64,000 nucleotides of DNA from the human T2T-CHM13v2.0 reference genome, Homo sapiens. The stretch lies in the NCBI RefSeq assembly GCF_009914755.1, contig NC_060934.1; one strand, written 5' to 3'. Below, piece after piece: positions 1 through 15,087 of the stretch. Every line of letters starts with the position of its first letter. Positions within the stretch are counted from its first letter, which is position 1. The translations under genes were made by a program, and so were the position numbers. A model generated the notes under the pieces. It was not told the origin of the DNA, did no database searches, and was given only the letters and a program-made list of their open reading frames with translations.

Positions 1-92
1 CTGGCAAGGAGAGCGAAGGCACCATTTGGGTCTTCCACCCTTCTCTGCATGTTTCCGGGTGCCCGCAGAGCTCTGGGAGCAAACAGTCAGCA
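1..92 (-). repeat. Upstream (promoter-side) tip of a D4Z4/LSau-like DUX unit, cut by the window edge
   Basis: Nearly identical to ~5854-5945 and ~14266-14357 (…ggagagcgaaggcaccat…gggagcaaacagtcagca), with the same junction into beta-satellite (cagca|tgacacatctct). Confidence 0.9.
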
Positions 93-3000
93 TGACACAT
101 CTCTCAACTTATCAACAAAGTGATGTAACTCTTGTATAGGCTCTGCCTACAGGGGCTTTGTGACATATCTCTGCCCTGATCACCCAGGTGATGAGACTTT
201 TGTCTAGGCTCTGCCTATGGGGACATTGTGACATATCTCTACACTGAACACCCAGGTGATGTAACTCTTGTGTTGGATCTGCCTATGGGGTCATTGTGAC
301 ATATTTCTGCGCTGATCACCCAGGTGACGGGACTCTTATCTAGGCTCTGTGTATGGGGGCTTTGTGACATCTCTGCATTGATCACCCAGGTGATGTAACG
401 CTTGACTAGGCTCTGCCTACGGGGCATAGTGACATATCACTGCATTGATCACCGAGGTGATGTAACTCTTGTCCATGCTCTGCCTATAGGGGTCCTTGTG
501 ACATATCTCTGCACTGATGATCTACGTGCTGTAACTCTTGCTTATGCTCTGCCTGCAGGGGCATTGTGAAATATCTCTGCACTGATCACCCAGGTGATGG
601 GACTCTTCTCTAGGCTCTGCCTAATGGGGGCATTGTCACATATTTCTGCACTGATCACCCAGGTGACGGACTCTTGTCTTGGATTTGCCTATGTGTGCAT
701 TGTGACATATCTCTGCACTGATCACCCAGTTGATGTAACTCTGGTCTAAGCTCTGCCTAAAGGATGTAACTCTTGTCTAGCCTCTGCTTACAGGGGTTAT
801 TGTGACATATCTCTGCACTGATCACTTAATTGATGTAACAGTTGTGTAGGCTCTGCCTACAGAGGCATTTTGACATCTCTCTGCGCTGTTAACCGAGGTG
901 ATATAACTCTTGTCTAGGCTGTGCCCACAGGGGTATTGAGGCATATCTCTGCACCGATCCCGAGGTGATCCAACTCTTGCCTGGTCTCTGCCTACTGGGG
1001 ACATTGTGACATATCTCTGCACTGATCTGCCAAGTGTGTAACTTTAGTCTAGCCTCTGGCTACACGGCATTGTGACAGATCTCTGCACTGCTGACCCAGG
1101 TGATATAACTCTCGTCTGGGCTCTGCCTACAGGGGGTTTGTGACATATCTCTGCACTGATCGCCCAGGTGATGTAACTCTTTTCTAGGATCTGCCTACAG
1201 GGTGCTTTGTGACATATCCCTACAATGATCACCCAGGTGATGTACCACTTGTCAAGGCTCTGCCTACAGGTACATTGCGATGTATCTCTGCACTGATCAC
1301 CTGGTTCATGTAACTCTTGTTTAGGCTCTGCCTACAGTGGCATTGTGACACATCTCAGCACTGATCATTCAAGTGATGTAACTATTGTCTAGGATCTGCC
1401 TAAAGGGATTTTGTGACATAACTCTACACTGATCATCCAGGTGATGAGACTTTTATCTAGGCTCTGCCTAAGGGGGCATTGTGACATATATCTGCACTAA
1501 TCACACAGGTGACGGGCCCTTGTCTTAGATCTGTCTATGAGGGCATAGTGACATATCTCTGCACTGATCACTCATGTGATGTAACGGTTTTTAAGCTGCG
1601 CCTAAAGGGGAATTGTGACAGATATCTCCACTGCTCACCCAGGTTATGTAACAATTTTCTGGGATTTTTCTACAGGGGGCTTTGTGACATATCTCTGCAC
1701 TGATCACCCAGGTGATGTAACTCTTGTCTAGGCTCCACCTACAGGGATTATTGTGACGTATCTCTGCTCTGATCACCCAGGTGATGTAACATTTATCTAG
1801 GCTCTCCCTACAGGGGCGTTTTGACATAGCTGTGCACAGATCAACTAGGTTATGTAACTCTTGTCCACTCTCTGCCTACAGCGGACATTGTGAAATATCT
1901 CTGCACTGATCACCCAGCTGATGGGACTCTTCTCTATACTCTGCCTACAGGGGGATTTGTGACATATCTCTGCACTGATCACCCAGGTAATGGAAGTCTT
2001 GTCTAGGCTCTGTCTATGTGGGCATTGTGTCAAATATCTGCACTGATCACCCAGGTGATGTAACTCTTTCCTAGGCTCTGTCTACAGGGATTTTTGTGAC
2101 ATATCACTGCACTGATCGCCTAGGTGATGTAAGCCTTGTATGGGCTTTGAGTACAGAAGGCTTTGTGACATATCTCTGCACTGATCTCTGAGGTGATGCA
2201 ACTCTTGTCTAGGCACTGCCTTCAGGGGACATTGGTACATATCTCTACACTGATCACCCAGGTGATGGACTGTTGTCTTAGATCTGCCTACATGGACATT
2301 GTGACACATCTCTGACCTGATCAACCAAGTGATGAAACTCTTGTCTAGGCTCTGTGTACAGGGGCTTTGTGACACATCTCTGCACTGATCACCCTGGGGA
2401 GGAAACTCTTGGCTATGCTATGCCTGCAGGAGGCTTTATGCCTTATACCTGCACTGATAACCTAGGTGATGTAACACTTGTCTAGACTCTGCCTTCACGG
2501 GAATTCTCACATATCTCTGCACTGATCACACAAGTGATGTAACTCCTATCTAGGTTCAGCCTTCAGGAGCGTTTTGACATATCTCTGCACAGATCACCCA
2601 GGTGATGTAACCCTTGTCTAAGCTCTGCCTACAGGGGCATTGTGACAGATCTCTCCACTGCTCACCCAGGTGATGTAACAACTGTCTGGGCTTTGCCTAC
2701 AGGGGGCTTTGTGATATACATTTCCACTGATCAAACAGGTGATGTAACACTTGTCAAGCTTCTGCTTACAGGGGCTTTGTGACATATCTCTGCTCTGATC
2801 AACCTAGGGAGGAAACACTTGACTGCACTCTGCATAGAGGAGACTTTACGACTTATCACTGCGCTGATTACAAGGTGATGTAACACTTGTCTAGGCTCTG
2901 TCTACACGTTAATTTTCATATATCTCTACACTGATCACCTAAGTGATGTAACCCTTGTCTAGGTTCAGCCTTTTGGGGATTTCTGACATACCTATGCACA

Positions 3001-3180
3001 GATCACCGAGGTGATGTAAATCATTTCCAGGCTTTTTGTACTGGCGACATTGTGATATATCTCTGCACTGATCACCGAAATGATGCAAATCTCCCCTAGG
3101 CTCCTCAGGGTGGGGGCATTGTGACATACTTCTGAAGTGATCATCCAGGAGATGTAACTATTCTCCAGGCTTTGACTAAA
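93..3180. repeat. Beta-satellite (68-bp Sau3A/BSR) block, ~45 diverged monomers
   Basis: Tandem ~68-bp monomer gatcacccaggtgatgtaactcttgtctaggctctgcctacaggggcattgtgacatatctctgcact, with a GATC site in most monomers. Confidence 0.96.
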
Positions 3181-3293
3181 GAGCATCGCAAGGTGTTGGG
3201 AGAGCCTCAGCTGGAATTTCACCAACGGACAAGGGCACAGAGAGGCCAGCCGTCTCCCTTGCATGTCAGCCGGGGTGCGCAGTGAGCACAGGT
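3100..3293 (-). other. pLAM / DUX4 exon 3-like segment, copy A, lacking the ATTAAA poly(A) signal
   Basis: Minus strand reads TGGCTAG|ACCTGTGCTCACTGCGCACCCCGGCTGAC…GTTACATCTCCTGGATGATCACTTCAGAAGTAT-GTCACA-ATGCCCCC. This matches the recalled 4qA pLAM except for GTCACA (3120-3125) in place of ATTAAA. Confidence 0.75.
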
Positions 3294-3883
3294 CTAGCCA
3301 GGAGCATGGCAAAGAGAGCTAGATGTCTGTGTTCCACCGCCAGGCGCTCCATGGTGGCTGCTGAGAGGCTGCAGGGTCACGGGCTTGCTGGCGACGGTGG
3401 CGTGGATGTGCAGAGGCGGCGAGCCTCTGGAGGGGTCTCAGGCCTGGATGCTGCACGGGCCCGGTGTTTCACGGGATGGGGGTCTCCACACAGCCCAGGG
3501 GAGGACACATATTCCGGGGGTGGGGGGTGGGTGTGGGGAGGTGGTGTTCAGGTGGGGGTGTGGTGGTGGAAAGGCATGAGAGCTCTGCCCGGGCTGCTCC
3601 CACAGCCCAGGCGGCTGCCTGCAAACACACACGTGCACAGTAGGCAGCCCACCTGCTGGTACCTGGGTCGGCTCTGGAATCCCCGTGATGCCCAGGATAG
3701 AATGGCAGTTCTCCGCTGTGTGGAGTCTCTCACGGGGCCTAGACCTAGAAGGCAGGAATCCCAGGCCGGTCAGCCTGGTGGAGGGGGCGGGGGACTAAAC
3801 GCCCCTCCATAACCAGACAGGTGTTAACCGCGGAAGAGAGGTCACCACCCTGCCCCTACCCGACCCCGTCTCAACCCTGCGTC

Positions 3884-5365
<1,482 letters not shown>

Positions 5366-5945
5366 GAAGGGTCCCAGGACTTCGTGGCCTGCGGCAGGGT
5401 GGTGGTGGTGGGGGGGAGGGCATGGGGATGGTGGTGGATGGGCCGGATAGACGAAGAGGAAGGGGGCGAGGGGGAAGTGGTGAAGGGGGCACGTTTCGGG
5501 GGCTGGCTCTCTGAACCTCTCCAGGAATCCGGTGGGAATTGGAAGCTGCTCTCTTGGCTCCCACTTGTCTTCAGCAGGGAGAAACCGGCCTGGGAGTGTT
5601 GAGGGGAGTGTTGAACTGAACCTCCGTGGGAGTCTTGAGTGTTCCAGGCCCTCTCTCCATGAAGGAGTCTGTGCCTGTGGGTGTCGGCATTGCCGGGACA
5701 GTCTCACTGATGCAGGCGTGTGGCTCTCATTCATTTCCACGTAGGAGACCAGAGCGAGACCCCAGAGAGAAGATGCCTACCCGGCGTGATGGCCTGACGA
5801 TGGATTCCCGTGTGTGGCAACATGGGGACTCTGCAGTGTGGCAGGTTTGGAAACTGGTAAGGAGAGCGAAGGCACCATGCCGGTCTTCCACACTTCCCTG
5901 CATGTTTCCGGGTGCCCGCAGAGCTCCGGGAGCAAACAGTCAGCA

Positions 5946-8900
5946 TGACACATCTCTGAACTGATCAACAAAGTGATGTAACTCTTGTCTGGGCTCTGCC
6001 TACAGGGGCTTTGTGACATATCTCTGCACTGATCACCCAGGTGATGGAACTTTTGTCTGGGCTCTGCCTATGGGGACATTGTGACATATCTCTACACTGA
6101 TCACCCAGGTGATGTAACTCTTGTGTTGGATCTGCCTATGGGGACATTGTGACATATTTCTTCGCTGATCACCCAGGTGATGGCACCCTTGTCTAGGCTC
6201 TGTGTATAGGGGCATTGCGACATATCTCTGCACTGATCACCCAGGTGACGTAACGCTTGACTAGGCTCTGCCTACGGGGCATAGTGACATATCACTGCAT
6301 TGATCACCGAGGTGATATAACTCTTCTCTAGAATCTGACTACAGGGTGCTTTGTGACATATCCCTGCAATGATCACCCAGGTGATATACCACTTGTCAAG
6401 GCTCTGCCTACAGGGGCATTGCGATGTACCTCTGCACTGATCACCTAGGTCATGTAACTCTTGTCTAGGCTCTGCCTACAGTGGCATTGTGACATATCTC
6501 TGCACTGATCACCCAGGTGATGTAACTCTTTTCCAGGCTCTGAGTATAGGGGGCCTTGTGACATATCTCTGCACTGATCATCTAGGTGAAGTAACTCTTG
6601 TCTACCCTCTGCCCAAAGGGGGCATTGTGAAATATCTCTGCATTGATCACACAGGTGAAGGGACTCTTCTCTAGGCTCTGCCTACTGGGGGCATTCTCAC
6701 ATATTTCTGAACTGATCACCCAGGTGACGGACTCTTGTCTTGGATTTGCCTATGGGGGCATTGTGACATATCTCCGCACTGATCACCCAGGTGTTGTAAC
6801 TCTGGTCTAATCTCTGCCTAAAGGGGCATTGTGACAGATCTCTGCATTGATCACTCAGGTGATGTAACTATTGTCTAGGCTGTGCTTAAAGGGGCCTTGT
6901 CACATATCTCTGCACTGATCACCCAGATGATGTAACTGTTGCCTAGGCTCTGCTTACAGGGGGTATTTTGACATATCTCTGCACTGATCACCTAAGTGAT
7001 GTAACACTTGTGTAGGCTCTGCCAACAGGGCCATTTTGACATATCTCTGCACTGTTAACCGAGGTGATGTAACTCTTGTCTAGGCTGTGCCCACTGGGGG
7101 ATTGACATATATCTCTGCACTGATCCTGAAGTGATCCAACTCTTGCCTGGTCTCTGCCCACTGGGGACATTGTGACATATCTCTGCACTGATCTCCCAGG
7201 AGCTATTGCTTTATTCTAGGCTTTGGCTACACGGCACTGTCACATATCACTGCACTGATCACCCAGATGATATAACTCTTGTCTAGGCTCTGCCAACAGG
7301 GGGCTTTTGACATATCTCTGCACTGATCACCCAGGTGATATAACTATTCTCTAGGATCTGACTACAGGGTGCTTTGTGACATATCCCTGCAATGATCACC
7401 CAGGTGATATACCACTTGTCAAGGCTCTGCCTACAGGGACATTGCGATGTATCTCTGCACTGATCACCTAGGTCATGTAACTATTGTCTAGGCTCTGCCT
7501 ACACTTGAATTCTCACATATGTCTACACTGATTACCCAGTTGATGTAACTCCTGTTTAGGTTCAGCCTACAGGAGCGTTTTGACATATCTCTGCACTGAT
7601 CATCCCGGTTTTGGGGCATTTTTCTAGCCTCTGCCTAAGGGGGCATTGTGACATATCTCTGCACTGATCACCCAGGTGATGTTACTGTTGTATAAGCCCT
7701 GCCTACAGGGGAATTTTGAGAGATATCGCCACTGATCCCCCAAGTGATGTAACTACTGTCTAGGCTTTGCCTACAGGGGGCTTTGTGACATACATTTGCA
7801 CTGATCACGCAGGTGATGTAACTCATCTAAGTTCTGCCTACAGGAGCTTTGTGACATATCTCTGCACTGATCACTTTGGTGATGTAAAACTTTTGTAAGC
7901 ACTGCCTAAAGGGAATTTTCACAAATCTCTGCACTGATCACCTAGGTGATGTAACTCTTGTCTACTATCTGCCCAAAGGGGGCATTATGAAATATCTCTG
8001 CACTGATCACTTTGGTGATGTAACACTTTTGTAAGCACTGCCTAAAGGGAATTTTCACAAATCTCTGCACTGATCACCTAGGTGATGTAACTCTTGTCTA
8101 CCATCTGCCCAAAGGGGGCATTATGAAATATCTCTGCACTGATCACCCAGGTGATTCAACTCTTGTCTAGGATCTGCCTACAGAGGTGTTTTTACATATC
8201 CCTGAAGTGATGACAAAGGTGATGTAACTCTTGCCTAGACTTTGCCTACAGGGGACATTGTGACATATCTCTGCACTGATCACCCAGGTGATGCAACTCT
8301 TCTCTCTGCTCTGCCTACAGAGGACATTGTGACGTATCTTTGCACTGATAAACCAGGTGGTGTAACACTGGTCGAAGCTCAGCCTAAAGGGGCATTGTGA
8401 AAAATCTCTGCACTGATCACTCAGGTGATGTAACTATTGTCTAGGCTATGCTTAAAGGGGCCTTGTCACATATCTCTGCACTGATCACCCAGGTGATGTA
8501 ACTCTTGTCTAGGCTCTGCTTACAGGATGTATTGTGACATATCTCTGCAATGATCACCTAAGTGATGTAACACTTGTGTAGGCTCTGCCTACAGGGACAT
8601 TTTGACATATCTCTGCACTGTTAACCGAGGTGATGTAACCCTTCTCTAGGCTGTGCCCACAGGGGGATTGAGGCATACCTCTGCACTGATTCCTAGGTGA
8701 TCCAACTCTTGCCTGGTATCTGCCTACTGGGGACATTGTGACATATCTCTGCACTGATCTCTCAGGTGTTGTAACATTAGTCTAGGCTCTGCCTACAGGG
8801 CATTGTGACATATCACTGCACTGATCACCGAGGTGATATAACTCTTGGTTAGGTTCTGCCTACAGTGGCATTGTGACATATCTCTGCACTGATCATCCAG

Positions 8901-11598
8901 GTGATGTAACTCTTTTCTAGGATCTGCCTACAGGGTGCTTTGTGACATAACCCTGCAATGATCACCCAGGTGATGTACCACTTGTCAAGGCTCTGCCTAC
9001 AGGGGCATTGCTATGTATCTCTGCACTGATCACCTAGGTCATGTAACTCTTGTTTAGGCTCTGCCTACAGTGGCATTGTGACATATCTCTACAATGATCA
9101 TCCAAGTGATGTAACCCTTGTCTAGGATCTGCCTAAAGGGACTTTGTGACATAACTCTGCACTGATCATCCAGGTGATGGGGCTTTTGTCTAGGCTCTGC
9201 CTAAGGGGGCATTGTGACATATTTCTGCACTGATCACCCAGGGGATGTAACTGTTGTATAAACTCTGCCTACAGGGGAATTGTGAAAGATCTCGCCACTG
9301 ATCACCCAAGTGATGTAACTATTGTCTAGGCTTTGCCTACAGGGGGTTTTGTGATATACCTTTGCACTGATCACCCAGGAGATGTAACTCATCTAAGTTC
9401 TGCCTACAGGAGCTTTGTGACATATCTCTGCACTGATCACTTAGGTGATGTAACACTTTTATAAGCTCTGCCTACAGGGAATTTTGACAAATCCCTGCAC
9501 GGATCACCTAGGTCATGTAAATCTTGTCTACCCTCTCGCCCAAAGGGGGCATTGTGAAATACCTCTGCACTGATCACCCAGGTGATTCAACTGTTTTCTA
9601 GGATCTGCCTACAGGGGGTATTGTGAAATATGTCTGCACTGATCAACTAGGTGATGTAATCCTTATCTAGGTGCTGCCTACAGGGGCCTTTTCACATATC
9701 CCTGACCTGATGACAAAGGTGATGTAACTCTTGCCTAGGCTTTGCCAACAGGGGACATTGTGACATATCTCTGCACTGATCACCCAGGTGATGAAACTCT
9801 TCTTTATGCTCTGCCTACAGGGGGCATTCTGACATATCTCTGCACTGATCACCCAGGTGATGTAACTCTTTTCTAGTCTCTGCCTACAGAGGGCATTTTG
9901 ATATCACTCTGCACGGATCACCTGGGTTATGTAACTCTTGTCTAGGCTCTGCCCATGGGGGCATTGTGACTTACCTCTGCACTCATCACCCAGGAGATGT
10001 GACTTTTTTCTAAGCTGTGCCTGGAGGGACATTGGGACATATCTCTGCACTGACCGATGAGGTGATGTAAAACTTGTCTAGGCTTTGCCTACAGTGGGAT
10101 TTATGACATATCTCTGTATTGATCGCCCAGGTGATGTAACTCTTGTCAAGGCTCCACCTACTGGGGGTATTGTGACGTATCTCTGCACTGATCACCCAGG
10201 TCATGTAACATTTATCAGGCTCTGCCTACAGGGTCGTTTTGACATACGTCTGCACAGATCACCTAGGTTATGTAACTATTGTCCACTCACTGCCTAATGG
10301 GGGCATTGTGAAATATCTCTGCACTGATCACCCAGGTGATGGGACTCATCTCTATACTCTGCCTAGAGGGGGATTTGTGACATATCTCTGCCCTGATCAC
10401 CCAGGTGATGGAAGTCTTGTCTAGGCTCTGTCTATGGAGACATTGTGTCAAATATCTGCACTGATCACCCAGGTGATGTAACTCTTGTCTAGGCTCTGTC
10501 TACAGGGATTATTATGACATATCACTGAACTGATCACCTAGGTGCTGTAAGCCTTGTATGGGCTTTGCCTACAGAAGGCTTTGTGACATATCTATGCACT
10601 GATCTCTGAGGTGATGCAACTCTTGTGTAGATACTGCCTACAGGGGACATTGATACATATCTCTGCACTGATCACCCAGGTGATGGACTCTTGTCTTAGA
10701 TCTGCCTACATGGACATTGTGTCACATCTCTCAACTGATCAACCAAGTGAAAATACTCTTGTCTAGTCTCTGTCTACAGAGGCTTTGTGACACATCTCTG
10801 CACTGATCACCATGGGGAGGGACCTCTTGTCTACGCTCTGCCTACAGGAATCTTTATGATTTATACCTGCATTGATAACCTAGGTGATGTAACACTTGTC
10901 TAGGCTCTGCCTACACGGGAATTCTCGCATATCTCTGCACTGATCACCCGGGTGATGTAAATCCTGTCTAGGTTCAGCCTACAGGAGCTTTTTGACATAT
11001 CTCTGCACTGATCACCCAGGTGATGTAACCCTTTTCAAAGCTCTGCCTACAGGGGCATTGTGACAGTTCTCTCCACTGCTCACCCAGGTGATGTAACAAT
11101 TGTCTGGGCTTTGCCTACAGGGAGCTTTGTGATATACATTTCCACTGATCAAACAGGTGATGTAACCCTTGTCAAGGTTGTGCTTACAGGGGCTTTGTGA
11201 CATATCTCTGCACTGATCACCCCACTGAGGAAACACTTGACTACACTCTGCCTACAGGAGGCTTTATGACTTATCCCTGCACTGATCACTAGGTGATGTA
11301 ACACTTTTCTAGGCTCGGTCTACACGAGAATTTTCACATATCTCTACACTGATCACCTAAGTGTTGTAACCCTTGTCTAGGTTCAGCCTACTGGGGATTT
11401 CTCACACACCTATGCAGTGATCACCGAAGCGATGTAAATCATTTCCAGGCTTTTTGTACAGGGGACATTTCGATATATCTCTGCACTGATCACCCAAATG
11501 ATGCAAATCTTCTCTAGGCTCCGCAAGGAGGGGGCATTGTGACATATTTCTGAACCGATCATCCAGGAGATATAACTATTCTCCAGGCTTTGACGAAA
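5946..11598. repeat. Beta-satellite block, ~83 monomers, internally duplicated
   Basis: Same 68-bp monomer and orientation. Its start and end are colinear with the 93-3180 block, and diagnostic variant monomers recur internally. Confidence 0.96.
7855..8146. repeat. Recent tandem duplication of a 136-bp beta-satellite dimer
   Basis: tcactttggtgatgtaa…cttttgtaagcactgcctaaagggaattttcacaaatc…ggcattatgaaatatc starts at 7871 and again at 8007. I see two mismatches between the copies. Confidence 0.88.
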
Positions 11599-11712
11599 GA
11601 GCATTGGAAGGAGCTGGGAGAGCCTCAGCCGGAATTTCACGGACGGACAAGGGCACAGAGAGGCCAGCGGGCTCCCTTGCATGTCAGCCAGGGTGCACAA
11701 TGAGAGCAGGTC
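11518..11712 (-). other. pLAM / DUX4 exon 3-like segment, copy B, lacking the ATTAAA poly(A) signal
   Basis: Paralog of 3100-3293, with GTCACA at 11538-11543 at the poly(A)-signal position. Confidence 0.72.
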
Positions 11713-12300
11713 TAGCCAGGAGTTAGGCAAAGTGAGCTAGAGGTCTGCGTTCCGCAACCAGGCACTCCATGGTGGCAGCTGGGAGGCTGCAGTGGCACCG
11801 GCGGGCGGGCGACGGTGTCACGGAGGTGCAGAGGAGGCGAGCTGCCAGAGGGGTGTCAGGCCTGGACGCTGTGCAGACCTGGTGTTTCAAGGGACCTGGG
11901 TCTCCACCAAGCCCAGGGGAGGACGCATTTTCCGGGATTGGGGTTGGGGGTGGGGTGGGGGTTGTCAGGCGGTGGTGGGGTGGTGGAAAGACATGAGAGC
12001 TCTGCCCGGGCTGCTCTCACAGCCTAGATGGCTGCCTACAAACCCGCGCGTGTGCAGAGTCAGCCCACCTGTTTGTATCTGGGCCGGCTCTTAGATCCCT
12101 GGGATGCCCAGGAAAGAATGGCAATTTTCCACTGTGTGGAATCTCTCACGGGTCCTAGACCTAGAAGGCAGGAATCCCAGGCCGGTCAGCCCGGTGGTGG
12201 GGGTGGGGGGGAGACCTGCCCCTCCATATCCAGCCAGGTGTTCCCCGTGAAAGAGAGGCCACCGCCCTGCCCCGACACGACCCCGTCCCAACCCCGAGAC

Positions 12301-13792
<1,492 letters not shown>

Positions 13793-14357
13793 GGGTCCCA
13801 GGGAGTCGAGGCCTGCGGCCAGGGGGTGGTGTGGTGGGGGAGGTGGGAGTGGTGATGTTGTTGGTGTGGTCAGAGAGACGAAGAGGAAGGGGGCGAGGGG
13901 GAAGGGGTGAGGGGCGCTGGCTCTCCGGACCACTCCAGAAATCCCACGGGAACTGGAAGCTGCTCTGTGGGCTCCCACGTGTCTTCAGCAGGGAGAAACC
14001 GGCCGGGGAGGGTGGAGGTGATTGTGGAACAGAACATCCGTGGTAGTCTTGAGTGTTCTATGCCCTGTCTCCGTGAAGTAGTCAGTGCCTGTGGGTGTCG
14101 CCGTTGCCAGGACAGTCTCACACACGCAGGCGTGTGACTCGTTCATTTCCATGTAGGAGACCAGAGTGAGACCCCAGAGAGAAGATGCCTCCCCTGCGTG
14201 ATGGCCTGACGATGGATTCCCGTGTGCGGAAACATGGGGAGTCTGCATTGTGGCCGGTTTGGAAACTAGCAAGGAGAGTGAAGGCACCATGCCGGACTTC
14301 TACCCTTCCCTGCATGTTTCCGCGTGCCCTCAGAGCTCCGGGAGCAAACAGTCAGCA

Positions 14358-15087
14358 TGACACATCTCTGAACTGATCAACAAAGTGATGTAACACTTGT
14401 CTAGGCTCTGCCTATAGGGGCTTTGTGACATATCTCTGCACTGATCACACAGGTGATGGGACTTTTGTCTAGGCTCCGCCTATGGGGGCACTGTGACATA
14501 TCTCTACACTGATCACGCAGGTGATGTAAATCTTTGTTGGATCTGCCTAAGTGGGCTTTGTGACATATCTCTGCACTGATCACCCAGGTGATGGGACTCT
14601 TGTCTAGGCTCTGCGTATGGGGGCTTTGTGACATATCTCTTCACTGATCACCCAGGTGATGTAACGCTTGACTAGACTCTGCCTAAGGGACATAGTAACA
14701 TATCACTGCATTGATCACCGAGGTGATGTAACTCTTGTCCAGGCTCTGCCTATAGGGGGCCTTGTGACATATCTCTGAACTGATCATCTAAGTGATGTAA
14801 CTCTTGCTTACGCTCTGCCTGCAGAGGCATTGTGACATATCTCTGCACTGATCACCCAGGTGATGGGACTCTTCTCTAGACTCTGCCTACTGGGGGCATT
14901 GTCACATATTTCTGCACTGATCACTCAGGAGACAGACCCTTGTATTGGATTTGCCTATGGGGGCATTGTGACATATCTCTGCACTGATCACCCAGCTGAT
15001 GTAACTCTGGTCTAAGCTCTGCCTAAAGGGGCATTGTGACAGATCTCTGCACTGATCACTCAGGTGATGTAACTATTGTCAAGGCTC
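14358..15087. repeat. Beta-satellite block, ~11 monomers, truncated by HSat2
   Basis: Colinear with the first ~700 bp of the 93-3180 block. It ends mid-monomer at …aactattgtcaaggctc. Confidence 0.95.
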
